Shown: positions 22,850 through 40,500 of the stretch, one piece after another | How the letters are laid out: each line of letters begins with the position of its first letter | How positions within the stretch are numbered: position 1 is the first letter of the stretch | Assembly (NCBI GenBank): GCA_009103225.1 | Contig: RHPI01003369.1 | Location: forward strand, 1,578,017 to 1,642,016 | DNA length: 64,000 nucleotides | DNA from: Chlorokybus atmophyticus | Taxonomy: Eukaryota; Plantae; Mesostigma and Chlorokybus algae | Direction of reading: 5' to 3' | The notes under the pieces: generated by a model | The model's input: only the letters and a program-made list of their open reading frames with translations | Database searches by the model: none | Told to the model about the DNA's origin: nothing | Translations under genes and position numbers: made by a program

Positions 22850-25800
22850 ATGGAGATTTGAGAGTCAACTTATGAACGTACCCTGTTCAGCATTAATTGA
22901 TATTAAAGCGAATCATAACTTTATTGACCATGCTTGGGTGAAAGGTAATAACATACCATTCACACCGGCTACGTCTTATGTGCGTGCTGCTGGTTCCACC
23001 CTCAATGCACTTGGGGAGTTGAAGGGTCGTTTTGTTATCGCTGGCCATAAAACTCGACCAGCTTTCATCGTACTGGATATAAGTATCCCTGGGGTGGATG
23101 TTGTATTGGGACAACAGTGGCACACCGAGGCAGGGTTACAACTTAATTCTCAAGCCAACACGTGCACACTTTGTAAAGGACAACAAAAGGTGACTTTGAA
23201 AGCACATTCTGTGGCACGTGTTGAACGCAATAACGATCCGCTCCTCTCTGCTATGCAACTGAAACGTTGTATGCGCAACTGAGGAAGTGTATTTGATGCA
23301 CTTACAACAGATAAAAAACACCTGCAAATCAGAGTATTACTGATCCTGTTGTGCACTCACTTACGGAACAATACATGGATGTGTTTCAGGCTGAGCTCTC
23401 AGAGCTACCTCCTGACCGAAACACTCACTATACTATTCCATTGGAAGAGGGGGCAAAGCCACCATGGCAACCTTTCTATAGGTTAAGCCCTTCAGAAAAC
23501 GCGGAAATGGAAAAACAGCTTAAATAGCTATTAGACAAAGGTTTAATAGTAAAGAGCATATCTCCTTTTGGTACACCAATATTGTTTGTGCATAAAAAGA
23601 ACGGCAAACTACGCATGTGTATAGATTACCGTGCGTTGAACAAGGTAACTGTGCAAAATAGATACCCTTCGCCACATAGATGGTTTGTTTGGTAAGTTAT
23701 TAGATGCAGCAATGTTTAGCACACTGGATCTGATTGGTGGGTATCATTGAATTAAAATTCAACTAGCAGATGTACAGATATCAGCATTCCGCACCCCAAT
23801 TGGCCACTTTATATACAAAGTATTGCCTTTCGGGTTAACAAATGCTCCTGCTACATTTCAATCACAAATGAATGCACTCTTCTCTGATGAATTGTACAAG
23901 TTTGTGCTTGTGTACCTGGATGATATTATTGTGTTCAGCAAAACCCGGGAAGACCACCACAAACATGTGGAAATGATTCTGTCCAAGCTGCGCGAACATG
24001 TTATTGGCAAAGAAGGATTGAAACTTAATCCTCAAAAGGTATCTGCGGTGAAGGATTGGCCATCACCCAAGGATGTGCATCAATTACGTGTTTTCTAGGG
24101 TTAGCTAATTACTTTCGCAAGTTCATGCGCGTATACTCAAGCATAGCAAATCCTTTGACATCTTTGTTGCAAAAAGATGTCAAGTTTTTGTGGATAGAGG
24201 CACACGAGGTTGCTTTGACATGCATCAAAGATGCGTTGACCCAAGCATCTGTGTTGGCTTTTTAAAACCACACAAATCCTTTTGTGGTTATCCGTGATGC
24301 TTCAACCATTGGGTGTGGGGCAGTCCTTTTGCCGGATGATAGACCATGTGCGTATGAAAGCTGAAAGTTTATTTCTGCTGAGCGCAACTACACGACCACT
24401 GAGCAAGAGCTACTCGGGGTTGTGCATGCATTGCGCACGTGGCGTTGCTATTTGGAAGGGGTGGAGTGTTCAATGATTACTGATCATAACCCATTGACCT
24501 TTTTCTAAACGCAACAAAACCTGTCGAGACGGCAAGCTAGGTGGAATGAGTTCATTTCTCAATTCACTTTCACTTGGCAATACCATCCGGGTCGCACCGA
24601 TGTGGCAAATCCACTAACTCGCAGCCCTGCTCTTTTGGCACTTACACGTTCTCGCAGTACGCGTGACTCGCCACAACCTGAGGGCCCTTTTGTTAAGGAC
24701 GTCTCTGGTTATGCTATGGATAATTGGTTTGTTAGTCAACCCAACTTACAACAGCTCATTGCTGTTGGCGATCTGTGGTATAAAGGAGAGCAGTTCGTAA
24801 TTCCCAACTCGGGCAACTTGCGCATGCAGTGCTTGCAATGAGTGCACGACCCACCGTATGCTAGGCATTTCGGTAAACATAAAACACTCAAATCTGCGCA
24901 ACCGCTATATTGGTGGCCGTTAATGTCTGCTGATGTGGATTAATATGTTCGCACTTGTGATGTGTATCAGCGTAATAAGCCAATACGACAAAAACAGGCG
25001 GGATTGCTTAAGCCGTTGGCGACTTCAGAACACAAATGGGATATCGTCAGCATGGATTTAATCACTGGACTACCTGAAACAACAGCAAAGTATACTGCTA
25101 TTGTGGTTTTTGTCGATCGTTAAACAAAAATGGTGCACTTTGCCCCGTGTTGCACGACAATTAGTGCTCGGGACTTGGCACATTTGTTTGTGTCGACAAT
25201 CTTCAGGGCACACGGTGTACCTCGTGAGCTCATTACGGATCGAGATCCTCGCTTTATTTCCAAATTTTGGATGGTGGTCTATAGATTGGGGGTTAAACAA
25301 AGCATGTCAACTGCTTTCCACCCGCAAACAGATGATCAAACAGAGTGAGTAAATTGTATATTAGAAGAAATGCTTCGCCACTATGTGGCTCCCGATCAAA
25401 CTAATTGGGACAGGTACTTGCCAATGGTAAAGTTTGCTGTGAACAATGCATGGCAGGAGAGTGTTAAGGAAACCCCTTTTTTCTTGAATTGTAGGGAACA
25501 CACCCGCTTTATTGCGCGTACCTCGCAATGATCCTTGTGTGCCAGCGGCAAAGGAGTTTGCCACTGTTATGCAAGAACATTTTTGTCGAGCCAAGCTATG
25601 TTTGCCACAAGCACATGACAGGCAAAAAGCTTTTGCTGATAAGCATCGAAAAATGGCCACTTTCAATGTCGGCAATAAACTTTTGCTTACTACAAACATA
25701 ACCTTTAAAAGTACAAGGGCGCGCAAGTTGTTGCCCCGATAGTTAAGACCGTTTCCTATTATCGATAGAGTTGGTACGCATGCTTACCGACTGCAATTGC

Positions 25801-26030
25801 CCCCGAGCATGCGTGTGCACAACGTGTTCCATGTGAACTTATTGAAACCCTACCGCTCTGACGGTAGAACATAGCCTCCACCACTTCAGGTGGACAGCGA
25901 GCTCGCAAGCAAAAGAAGCGTGGACGCGCGACCCGCTATTTAGTTAAATCAAAAGGGTATGGCCCGGAGTATAGCAGTGGGGAGCCGGACAGGCACATCT
26001 CTCACACTGCCGTGAGTTGCTTCGAGCTTA
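22850..26030 (+). pseudogene. Gypsy-2 pol remnant: protease, RT, RNase H, integrase, chromodomain
   Basis: ALIDIKANHNFID; [16 protein letters not shown]; PFGLTNAPATFQ; VYLDDIIVFS; FLGLANYFRKF; NYTTTEQELLGVVHALRTWRCYL; WDIVSMDLITGLP; ELITDRDPRF; STAFHPQTD; HNVFHVNLLKPY; chromodomain-like YLVKSKGYGPEYSSGEP (~25935-25990). Multiple stops and frameshifts. Confidence 0.93.
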
Positions 26031-26221
26031 CTAGGATGTACATCCCACCCCGTGAACTGTGGGCTTGGTATTTGACAGCCTGTATATGACAGTCTGAGAC
26101 TGGCAATGCAGTTTTATTACCACCCTATCATTTCCTGCTATCTCACTGGTGTCGCTGACTCGGGACTAAGCCTGATCAACTTGAGTTCAACGAGGAAGTT
26201 GAAAACCTAAGTCGGGGGGAA

Positions 26222-26741
26222 TGTAACGGGAGCAATAATGATAGGGGTATTATTGCTACGTAAATGACATATTCTGTGTAGATAAGTACATGTAATGTAA
26301 AATGCTTATTGATACCTCGTTTTTACGGTTCCTCGCTTATCAAAGCTTATAATATTCTAGTACAGCCTTGGTAAGTCCCAATAGGTGTAGAACCGCCTAT
26401 TCAAGCCTATTTAGGGTCGCATATCATATATGCGATCATTATAGCCAGATATTGCAATAAGTACTTATTGTTGGATATCTGAGCTCATACTAGCTCACGC
26501 TAGATTTCAAACGGCTACCCTATATATAGGGGTAATATCTAATTATAAGTCCCAAAGCAAGACACATATATGTGATACATCCTTGATATATAAGGTCTCA
26601 TCTACTAATGAGACCTCATTCACTTTTCTACCATCTGCAGCGTCATGCTGCAGGCGGCGTGACAGGCTTGTCATCGGCGGTAAGGGTAGTTGGGTAGAGG
26701 ATTGAAGGGACGGCGGCCTTAAAGGCGCCGTGGTTGTTACA
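26222..26741 (+). repeat. Gypsy-2 3' LTR
   Basis: Colinear direct repeat of 21900-22414, followed by TSD AATGT. Confidence 0.95.
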
Positions 26742-27236
26742 AATGTTCTCCACAACAAAGTCTATGTTTATAACACTTGCCGTCGGTCAGCTCAAGATTA
26801 AGTTTACTCCTCTTTAAAACAATTTTTAAATGTACAAGGAGTGAAAATTCTCATTACTATTACATTTTCGTAACTGTGACGGCGTCTTAACCACTAGGCT
26901 ATGGCAGCAAAAGTCGCTGCCATTATGGTCACCACGAGTCCTTATGAGTCATAGGGAGAGCTACCTGTCTTGTATACGTTACAGTACACACGCGCTGAGG
27001 CGCTTAAGATTACATAAAGTGTCAACACCCGATTATGTTTTGTATACTGGATTACAACAAGCAAATTACATGATTAAGTGATGCCTGTTTAATTTGATGT
27101 TTGCAAATACATGTATGCATGCCATTGATTATCATTTCATTTGTTATCTCATGAAATATTATGCAGATTAACTATCCAAAGCAACTTGCAAGTAATAATA
27201 CATTGGCTTAATAGAGTATTATACACACGCGCATAC

Positions 27237-27240
<4 letters not shown>

Positions 27241-27286
<46 letters not shown>
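27241..27286. repeat. (TA)n microsatellite (a second one at ~27685-27720)
   Basis: Direct inspection. Confidence 0.9.
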
Positions 27287-27287
<1 letters not shown>

Positions 27288-27675
27288 TACACATGGTTTA
27301 ACTGCCGTCCTTAATTCTTGAAAGGAGCACATTGCTAGGCTAAATCATGCTCTCTTCTCGAATTACATATTATGTGCAGAAATAAGTTATAATTGAGTTA
27401 CGGTTGTGTTACTTATTTTAAGTTATAGATTTTACTTTATATATTGTTATGACGCAACACAATACATAATTAAACATGGTTAATCAGCGTAATTGTGATC
27501 AAACACAATGCCCCTTTTTTTTATGCTAATAAAGCCCCCCTAAATACATTTACCCTATAATTGTTGAGGGGCACAACTACTTAAAAACGGCCAATAAAGA
27601 ACATGTACATACGATACTTTAAGGCAATTTGTAATGGACGTACTTGCAAGCACGAATGATATACATATACAATAT

Positions 27676-27712
<37 letters not shown>

Positions 27713-28971
27713 CTTATATATCTTTTTATACATGTGAAACATTAACCGTTGCCTTGCGGGATAATGTTACAATAAGTATGAGCCAGCAACCAATTCATTT
27801 ACTTGATGAAGGAATGAAGTCAAAGGTTGAGTTGTTACTATAATTGAGTAGTTATGTTATGTTTGAATGTGCCCGGTTTGTACACGCCCAATGCCTTGAG
27901 GTTGGTAACACTGTAATCTATAATTTGCACCGTGTTATGTTCGTTAATCTCGACACCATTGAGATGGCGTTTGGCATGACTCATGCAGTTAACAAACCCA
28001 CTGTGCAGTTAACGTACCCACTATAGGGCACAAGATGGGTGTGAAGCCGTTGAACATGTCAACACGGTGTTGACAACACCCATGGAGTTCTGGCGTCTTG
28101 TACGCTGCGTGCAGGCTGAAAAAGTTGGTACAACTACGGTACGGCCACAGGTTGATGTGCGCGGCTGAGTGCGCACTGAGTGCCACAATGTGTGGCGGTA
28201 TCTGAGGCAAGATACCAGACTGATGCATGCGTGCATGATTGGCTCCTGCCACAACTGCGCACAATAATTGCCGTATTATTGCACACCTAATGACTAATGA
28301 TTATCCCGCGCGTTCAAAAAGGACTGTCTGGACCGTTTTGCGACGGATTCGGCGGCTCGTCGGACATCCCACCTGACAGCTCCACGATTTCTGGTCGGAC
28401 ATGGCAACACGACACCAACGGCCGTGAATTACACTGCACTCCATGCCCAACCGGCCGGCCAGAATCCACGAACCGCGATGTCAGTTGATCGAGTCAGCGT
28501 GCATCGGACGGCAGCGGTCGCAGTCCCCATAACGCCAACGCACCGATACGCCCCGACCCTCCACCATAGCTTGCAGGACGGGTTTACCGGTTGTGGGCTT
28601 TTGGTGTTCTGAAACCCTTGCGACAAATTGAGCTAAAGCACAGGGTAACGTAACGCTACGTAACCCACACACAGAAAGCCAGGTGCGAAAAACGACGGCC
28701 TCCTTGTGAGCATAGCTGGCGTTGCCTTTGTCGAAGCTGCGGAGGATAACAGCGCGCTGAGTAGTACTAGGGAGGGAGCCAAATTTGCTTGCTGGCGGGC
28801 TGGCGCTGAAGGGGTAAAAGCGTTGTCCAGTCGTGCTGCATGCCCGTCCGGGGATGGTGTGGCGCAGGCGGCTAAGTACGGCGGTTGAACAACAGGCAGC
28901 GGCGCACAGCAGACAAGTACTAGGAGGAGGAGGCAAAGGATAAAGCTCAGCAAGGAGGAGGAGACGCAGGC

Positions 28972-33833
<4,862 letters not shown>

Positions 33834-36278
33834 ATGACTCGGGAGCGTGTGCAAACAGCGCTGCCTTCGAGTGTAGTGTGCAATGCAGCTAGCGCTGCTC
33901 TTTGGTAGTTGATTCCGAGGCGTTGATTCCTGCCTTTGGTGTCTTTGCTCTCTGGTGCTGTAGCCTCAGGTCTTGTAGCCGCCTAGCGTAGGGCTACAAC
34001 TTGGCGTTGGTGTTCACTGGCTGCTGCGCGTATGAATACATGTTGGTGCCACATTGAGGAGGGCAAGGCAAAAAGGTAAGGCAGATGCTGTGCGAGCGCC
34101 ATGCGAGTACACAACTAGAAGAAGCTGCTGGGGTTAGACTGGGTGTCGGTCGTGAATGAGTGGAGTTTTGTGACGCTGCACAGACAAAAAGTGCAGCCCT
34201 TTGTGTCTGTTCGTCGATGAATGAAGTTGGAGAGTGGTCTGTGACAACAGAGCTCATTCACTGGTTGCTGCATTGAGTGCAGTTTCTTGCTTGCTTGCAT
34301 GCTTGGCACACATGTGCCAGCCTCAAGTTCCCTTGCTGCGCCACGCTACCATACCCTCCTACTTGGTAATGCTGGCAGCAGTGTTGCGAACCACACCAGC
34401 CAAGTCTATGCTTGAAGGTACGTATGTCTGAGTATGCTCAGCTTGTCTCAGATGCAGCTCTGTGTTGTCCTGTCGCAATTGTGTCACGTTTAACGCAACG
34501 TTGGCACTCTACAGTTGGCAGTCTGCGAATGGTGCTGAGCGGTGATTGCATGACAACGGTGAGTTGTGCTGCTAATGTGTCTGGTAGACACATTCCAACA
34601 GCAATGAGCGATGCAATTGTTACCCATTGTGCGTGCAGAGATTGCATGCGCAGTGACTGTGCATGAGTGCTCACATGCATGTGTGCATGTTTAGGGTGGT
34701 GCCTGATTGAATCATTGAGTCAGGCATCAGATAGCGTACGCTGTCATCATGATGCGTTGATCATTCGTCTGCAGTGGTACTGACTGTTACGCCGCTGCTG
34801 CTGCTGCTTAGGATGTTTGCTGATGCCAACACTATTTGGCATCAAGGGATGTTGATGCCAACATATGCCTGAAACTCCAAGTCTCCGACAAATGAGTCCT
34901 CTGAGCGACTTGAATGGCTGACAAGCAGCGCAAGCAAGCTTCAACCGCATGTGCACGGCACGCACGGCTCTGTTTCTGCATGCTAAGTGAGTGCTGGTTG
35001 TAAGTTCTTGACCTCACCAGTGTTTTCTTCTGCATTCATACCTAAACATGTGTTGCCAAGAAGGGAGGGGAGGGAGGGGGGGAGGCACCCCCCCCTCTTG
35101 ACAACAAGTAAAGCACTTGACTGTTCTTGTTGTAACAAGCTTCCACTTATTGCTGCAGGAGATATGCCGTGCCTGCCTGCCCCTCAACAGAGCAAGTGCT
35201 GGTACGGAGTTGGAATAAGCTTCCATGATGGAAGCGAGGCATTGAAATAGGGGATGGCATTGGATGGATTCGCAGCCGTATGCACTCGCCAATTGCTGCT
35301 GCTCTGAAATACGCGTGTACACAAGCTTCCAGTCTACATTACTGCAAGTAATCTTGCTGTACCCTCCGCCTGTCGATAGTCGCAGCTACTTGGTGGCTTC
35401 TCAAGTCAGTGCATTTCGCCCTCCCTCCCTTCATCTCCCCCAGGCCCCCTCCCTGCCTTTTCCTTTTACCCCATNCCCCGCCGCGCGTGCGTGTTTATGT
35501 TGGCCCGCATGCGTTGCATGTGTTGCCCACCAAGGTCGGGCTCTCCTGTTTCTTGCAGTACATACTTGTTAAAAACGGTTGACAAGCATAGTTGGCGGTG
35601 CTTTCTGTCATCTTACTCAGTAGGCACATGAACACTAGGTTGTAAATCGACCATGTCATTTGGGTACTTAGTATTTATTAGTAACAAGCCGCGGAAGTGC
35701 TTGATGTTCACCAGACTCATTCTTTGTGCACCGTTCGCATGCGTGACGTCGCCATATGATGTAATCTGCCCTTGACAATATGCCCATGCGATTTTTTCTG
35801 CTTGTTCTTGTTCTTGCTGTTGCTGTTATATGCGGTGGTGCTATCAGCTAAATCCTACCAGTCACTGCCATGGTTGTTGCATGTGTGATGGCTTGAATCC
35901 TTTGTACATGTGACATTATTCAATATGTGATAATATACAAACATTTCTTCAATTGAAGCTGTAATTATTTAATTTTGCTCATCTTGCTTATTTCATTTTC
36001 GCTTTATTTTATCCCTCTCATATTGGTGCTTGGGCTATTTGCATACACATAGTGCTTGCTGCATGTGTGTCACGTTGTCATAATGGTTGTTGCATGCACT
36101 GTGTATATGTAGCTTCACGTCGCAGTTTATGAACATGTACACAACACATACGTAAACGCACATATAAGTACACCCGCGCATAAAGCTTGTATTGTACACA
36201 ATTAATTGCATGCGAGCGAATTAGATTGAGCCACGAGCATTCAATGACGGTCAGAGAGAATTACATCCCAGCTGCTGC

Positions 36279-36280
<2 letters not shown>

Positions 36281-36325
<45 letters not shown>
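36281..36325. repeat. (CT)n microsatellite
   Basis: Direct inspection. Confidence 0.95.
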
Positions 36326-36328
<3 letters not shown>

Positions 36329-36559
36329 AACTGATGATATCATCATAAGGTAAAAGAGAGGGTCCCCTAGAAGTAGCACACGAGCAAGCGCACATTCACA
36401 CAATCATCATATCATCACAATAACAACCAACGATTCATATGACCAACCCTAACGCTAATGGGGCTGGCTAGCAAAGTGCACAGCAACCAACCATTGAAGA
36501 CTTCAACAGTAGGCGCTTGTGTGGCTGCAGAGTACAGCGTAGAGGCAAAGGATTATCAT

Positions 36560-36960
36560 GTACACGAATTTTGCATCTCAATATCAAAGCGCAAATGTTA
36601 CACTCGATTTGCATGGGGGCCAAGTCTAGGTGTCAATCATGTCGTGCATGCCGCTGCTGCTGAAGCCTGGGACCTGATCTTGCTCTGTCCATGCACTCTG
36701 CAGGTTGGACTTCAACTTGCTTTTGGTTGCCTCTACACTCCCCCACTCTCACTCCTGCCAGAGGGTTCTAACTGTCATAGCCGTCATATCAGTTGTGGTT
36801 GGTGATAGATAGGTTAACTGTGCCTTGGCCCCCATACAAGTTAAGTGTGCTGCTGTTTGGTTGCTGTTTGCACATAGCTTGCTTGATACACGTGGCCCCG
36901 AGAAAACATTTGAGTTTGCTATAAATATGACTCTACTGTTGGTTACTGCGCACCGCAACA
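36560..36960 (+). mobile_element. Degenerate apurinic-like endonuclease (APE) remnant of a non-LTR retrotransposon
   Basis: Across frameshifts, in the expected order: LHLNIKA, WDLILL, FGCLYTPP, VVVGD, TRGPEKTFEFAINMTLLL. These resemble the NxxG, DxxxLQE, YxPP, GDFN and NxxGxxLxxF motifs. Confidence 0.45.
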
Positions 36961-37549
36961 TACTACAAGCACCATTGCTGCATAATGCTTGCTACTATCA
37001 ATGTTATCACAACATTGGCTTGCGCAACATTCATTTTAGCATCTCTTGTACACTTGCTTCGCATCGCAAGGTGTGCAGCAAGTGTACAGCAATATGTACT
37101 AGTATACAAATTGCTCCTAAATCTTGCACCACGCATTGTTGTGCACGGTGAACACCTCACATATGCACACCGAATGACGCCGTTCTCCCGCTGTTGCAGC
37201 GATGGTATCATTGCCTGACTAATATCTACCAAGATATTTCAGGCATCAGATGACAAGCACCGCCAACGATTGTTCACGATTGGTCAATAATAAGAGCATT
37301 CAATGGCCAATCGCTGAAGCCGTACCTGCGGGACCTGACAGCAATCAAACCCTTTCGCAACTGAATCAGCAAAACGTCGGACAATACCGATCATCGCTGT
37401 GCCAGGCCTCAGGTCCGCTGATGGCCGACCGGTAGGCCAAATCTACCACAGCAATGTCAGATATTCTGACTCATGAAGTCAGATATGTCGCCTCACGTGT
37501 CCGACGTGGACGCAGCGTTGCGCCCGGTCCCTTTGTACTAGGGTTTGTT

Positions 37550-40500
37550 CTGGAACTCTCGCTGGTCTGGTCCTTCAAGGCCCGAACACAGTGCAACGCA
37601 GCGCTACGTAACCCAGTTTAGGTTAGAAAGCCAGGTGCGTGGTACCTCCCCGTAACCGCCGCGCTCTCTTATACGGCTTAGTGCTGTGCACATAGCTGGC
37701 GTGGCCCTTTATGTCACAAGGCTGCGGGCGGAGAGGAGAGGCGCTAGGCGGAACGCTCTGGGGAGGGTCTCTAGCGTTGTTACTCTACTTATATTGTGGG
37801 TAGAGGAGGAAGAGGACGTTAGTTGAGGTGGAGGAAGGAGGAAATTGTATGGGAAGAGTTTCAGTGTGAAGCAGGCAGCAGCCACCCAGTGGAGCCACGC
37901 AGTGAGAGGGGTGAAGGTGCTCAGCAAGCGGGAGGAGTGGCAGGGAGGTGTGCCTCGGGGAATGCGAGTCTCCTGTCCGGCTAACACATGTAAGTAGTGC
38001 TGCCAAGTCATTGCGCCAGTCTCACAGCCTTGGCTGGGCCTGCCTGCCAGTTCCATCCACGTGGGCAGGCAGGTGTGCGTGGCTCCAACCAATGCCGCCG
38101 GATAATCTTACCTTCAACATTCTGACTTGAGTAACTCGCATTATATATTATATTTGGAACCTAGAGACAGCCCATACATTGCGTGCATGCGCAAGAGTTA
38201 CTTGTAGGCATGTTCGGAGAACCCCTGCACAGCGGTCTGCACTCTGACTGCAAAGTAAAAGACTAGGCATGGCTGCTAGTCAGACTGATTCTGAGATCCT
38301 GTTGCATTACCTTAGGTCACTACCAGAGCAATACAGGCAAAGCGCCAGCAGGAGCGCCAGCACAAGCTGAGGTTCTGGCCAGGGCCAAGTGCAAATGAAG
38401 CTGCAGGAGTGCAGCGAAACATGCATGTAAGCTTTCCCACTTCTCTTTGACTCGGAATGTTCTCATAATCAACGCTGCCATCTATGCCACTAATCCCATG
38501 CTTCTGTGTTTGCAGCAGTACGCATGCAGGTCAGCGAAGCATAAGCTCAGGCTACCCCGTGGCAGATCAAACCCTGCCATGCTGCCTTAAGGAAGGAGGC
38601 TTCCTGCATTAGTAACATTGAAAGTGGTCACCGACGAGCTGTACATGGCATGCGGAACTTTTGCAAACCATGTGACGTGCGTGTTTTGCAGCGCACTTGC
38701 AGAGCGGTGACAGGCACAGAGCGACTTACTCGTGTAGTTGCCATCTTGAGAGATATAGTATCTCTCAAGCTGCAGCGGCTGCCTCGTACACGCATATGGC
38801 CACACTTACCAATGGCAAGCTCACTTTTATTCCCTAGCCCTAAGTTCCTTCCAAATAGGTAAATGGCTGGTGCCTTGGATGAAACGACTGCAGCAAGCTC
38901 ATTGGGAAGTTTTCAGAGCCTTGCTTTGCTTCAACGTTTTACCATCCTTGCAGGGACAGCTCCAGCGGCTGAATGTCGATTATGCTCAGAAGGTTGCACT
39001 AGGATATAACGCCACTGGCCAGAGGTTGTTTCTGCACACCCTAACCCTTGAGAAGGAAGGGAGAGGAAAAGGACGCGGACTAGGACATACAGTCAGAGCC
39101 AGGACCACTACATGATCCAGAAACCAGGCGCTATAGGCAAGCCTGTTGCAAAACGCGTTGATGCAGGAAGTGAGCGAGCATGCTCTACACATGCGCACTC
39201 GCCACCGTGCGCCATTGACCCTGCTTATCGTTGCTTGTCCTTTTGTCCTTCTCTCGATGTTGTTGAGGTCTAGACTCTCCGACTGCAAAGTAATAAGTTG
39301 GCATGGCTGCTAGTCTTGATTTGGGACTGCTCTTGCATCAAGCCTGTTCCCTACCAGAGCAATGTTGGCAATGCGGCAGCAGAGGCGCAAGCACTGACTC
39401 TGGGCCAACTGCAGTTGCACGTCTCCCATTGCTGCTCTTGCGACTGTGTTCATTGACAACTTCGCCATGTATGCCACTGACCCCATGCCTCTGCACTTTC
39501 ACGTACGCCTGCAGTCTTCAAGCGAATCGCTTTGGATATGCACTCACGCTGTCCAGGTTTGACCCTGCCATGCTGCAAAGCAAGATGCTTCGGTGACTCA
39601 CACAGTATTGTACGCAGCACGTGACGCTCGTTCTGCAGGTTTTATGCAGGAGCGGCGACCATACACGAGTGAGTCACTAGTTGTCAGCATGAGAAGTATG
39701 ATATCTGTTAAGCTGCAGCTGCTGCCTCATGCATATGCCCAGATTCAGGCGCAACTACAAATGGCAGGCTGCTTTCCATGGCCACTTGGCGCAGGTTAGT
39801 GGCTGACTGCTTGAGTGAAGCACACTGGAATGCTAAGCGCTGGAGTTCTGAAGAAGCCTTGCTTCAATTGTTGCCATTAGTGTAGGGACAGCTGGAGGTC
39901 CTGCATGCGCAGATGCATGCGCTAAGCTATGATGCTGCAGGGTGTTCCTGCATCTGATGCAGGTGTTACAAAACCCTTGAGCAGGAGGCGCAGGACATAA
40001 AGCTAGAGGCAGGACCACTGGGTGAATCCGAAGCCAGGCGCCTTAGGCAAATTCATTGCCCCACATGGAATGAGCGAGCATGCTGTACGCATGCGCACTC
40101 ACTCACGTATACCGCAGGCACACCTGATCTACAGTAGGAGGAGCAGGACATAGCCAGAGCCAGGACCGCTGGGTGGTTCAGCAGCCAGGCGCCTTATGCA
40201 AGTTTGTTGGACAACACATCGAGAGAGTGAGCATGCTGTGCGCATGCGCACGTGCTACCGCAGGCACAACTGACCTGCTTACTTACTTGTGCTTAGTGCT
40301 TTCGTGGCGTTGTTGAGGAGTGTACTCTGATTGTCACTAGAGAAACTTGGGATAGCGGCTAGTCAGGTCAGATATTGACACTGCTCTTGCATGAAACCTG
40401 TCCACCGCCAGATTACCGTTAACACTGCGCCAGCAGCACAGGGGCAAGTGCTGGACTAAGGCCAAATGTAATGAAGCCGCAGGAATGTATTTGAATACGC

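Larger units (their letters stand above)
21900..26741 (+). mobile_element. Ty3/Gypsy chromovirus (Gypsy-2), both LTRs present, gag largely absent, degenerate
   Basis: LTRs 21900-22414 and 26222-26741, both TGTAAC...GTTACA. 5 bp TSD AATGT on both sides. PBS-like TGGTATAC at 22419. Purine tract GGGGGGAA before the 3' LTR. Confidence 0.95.
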
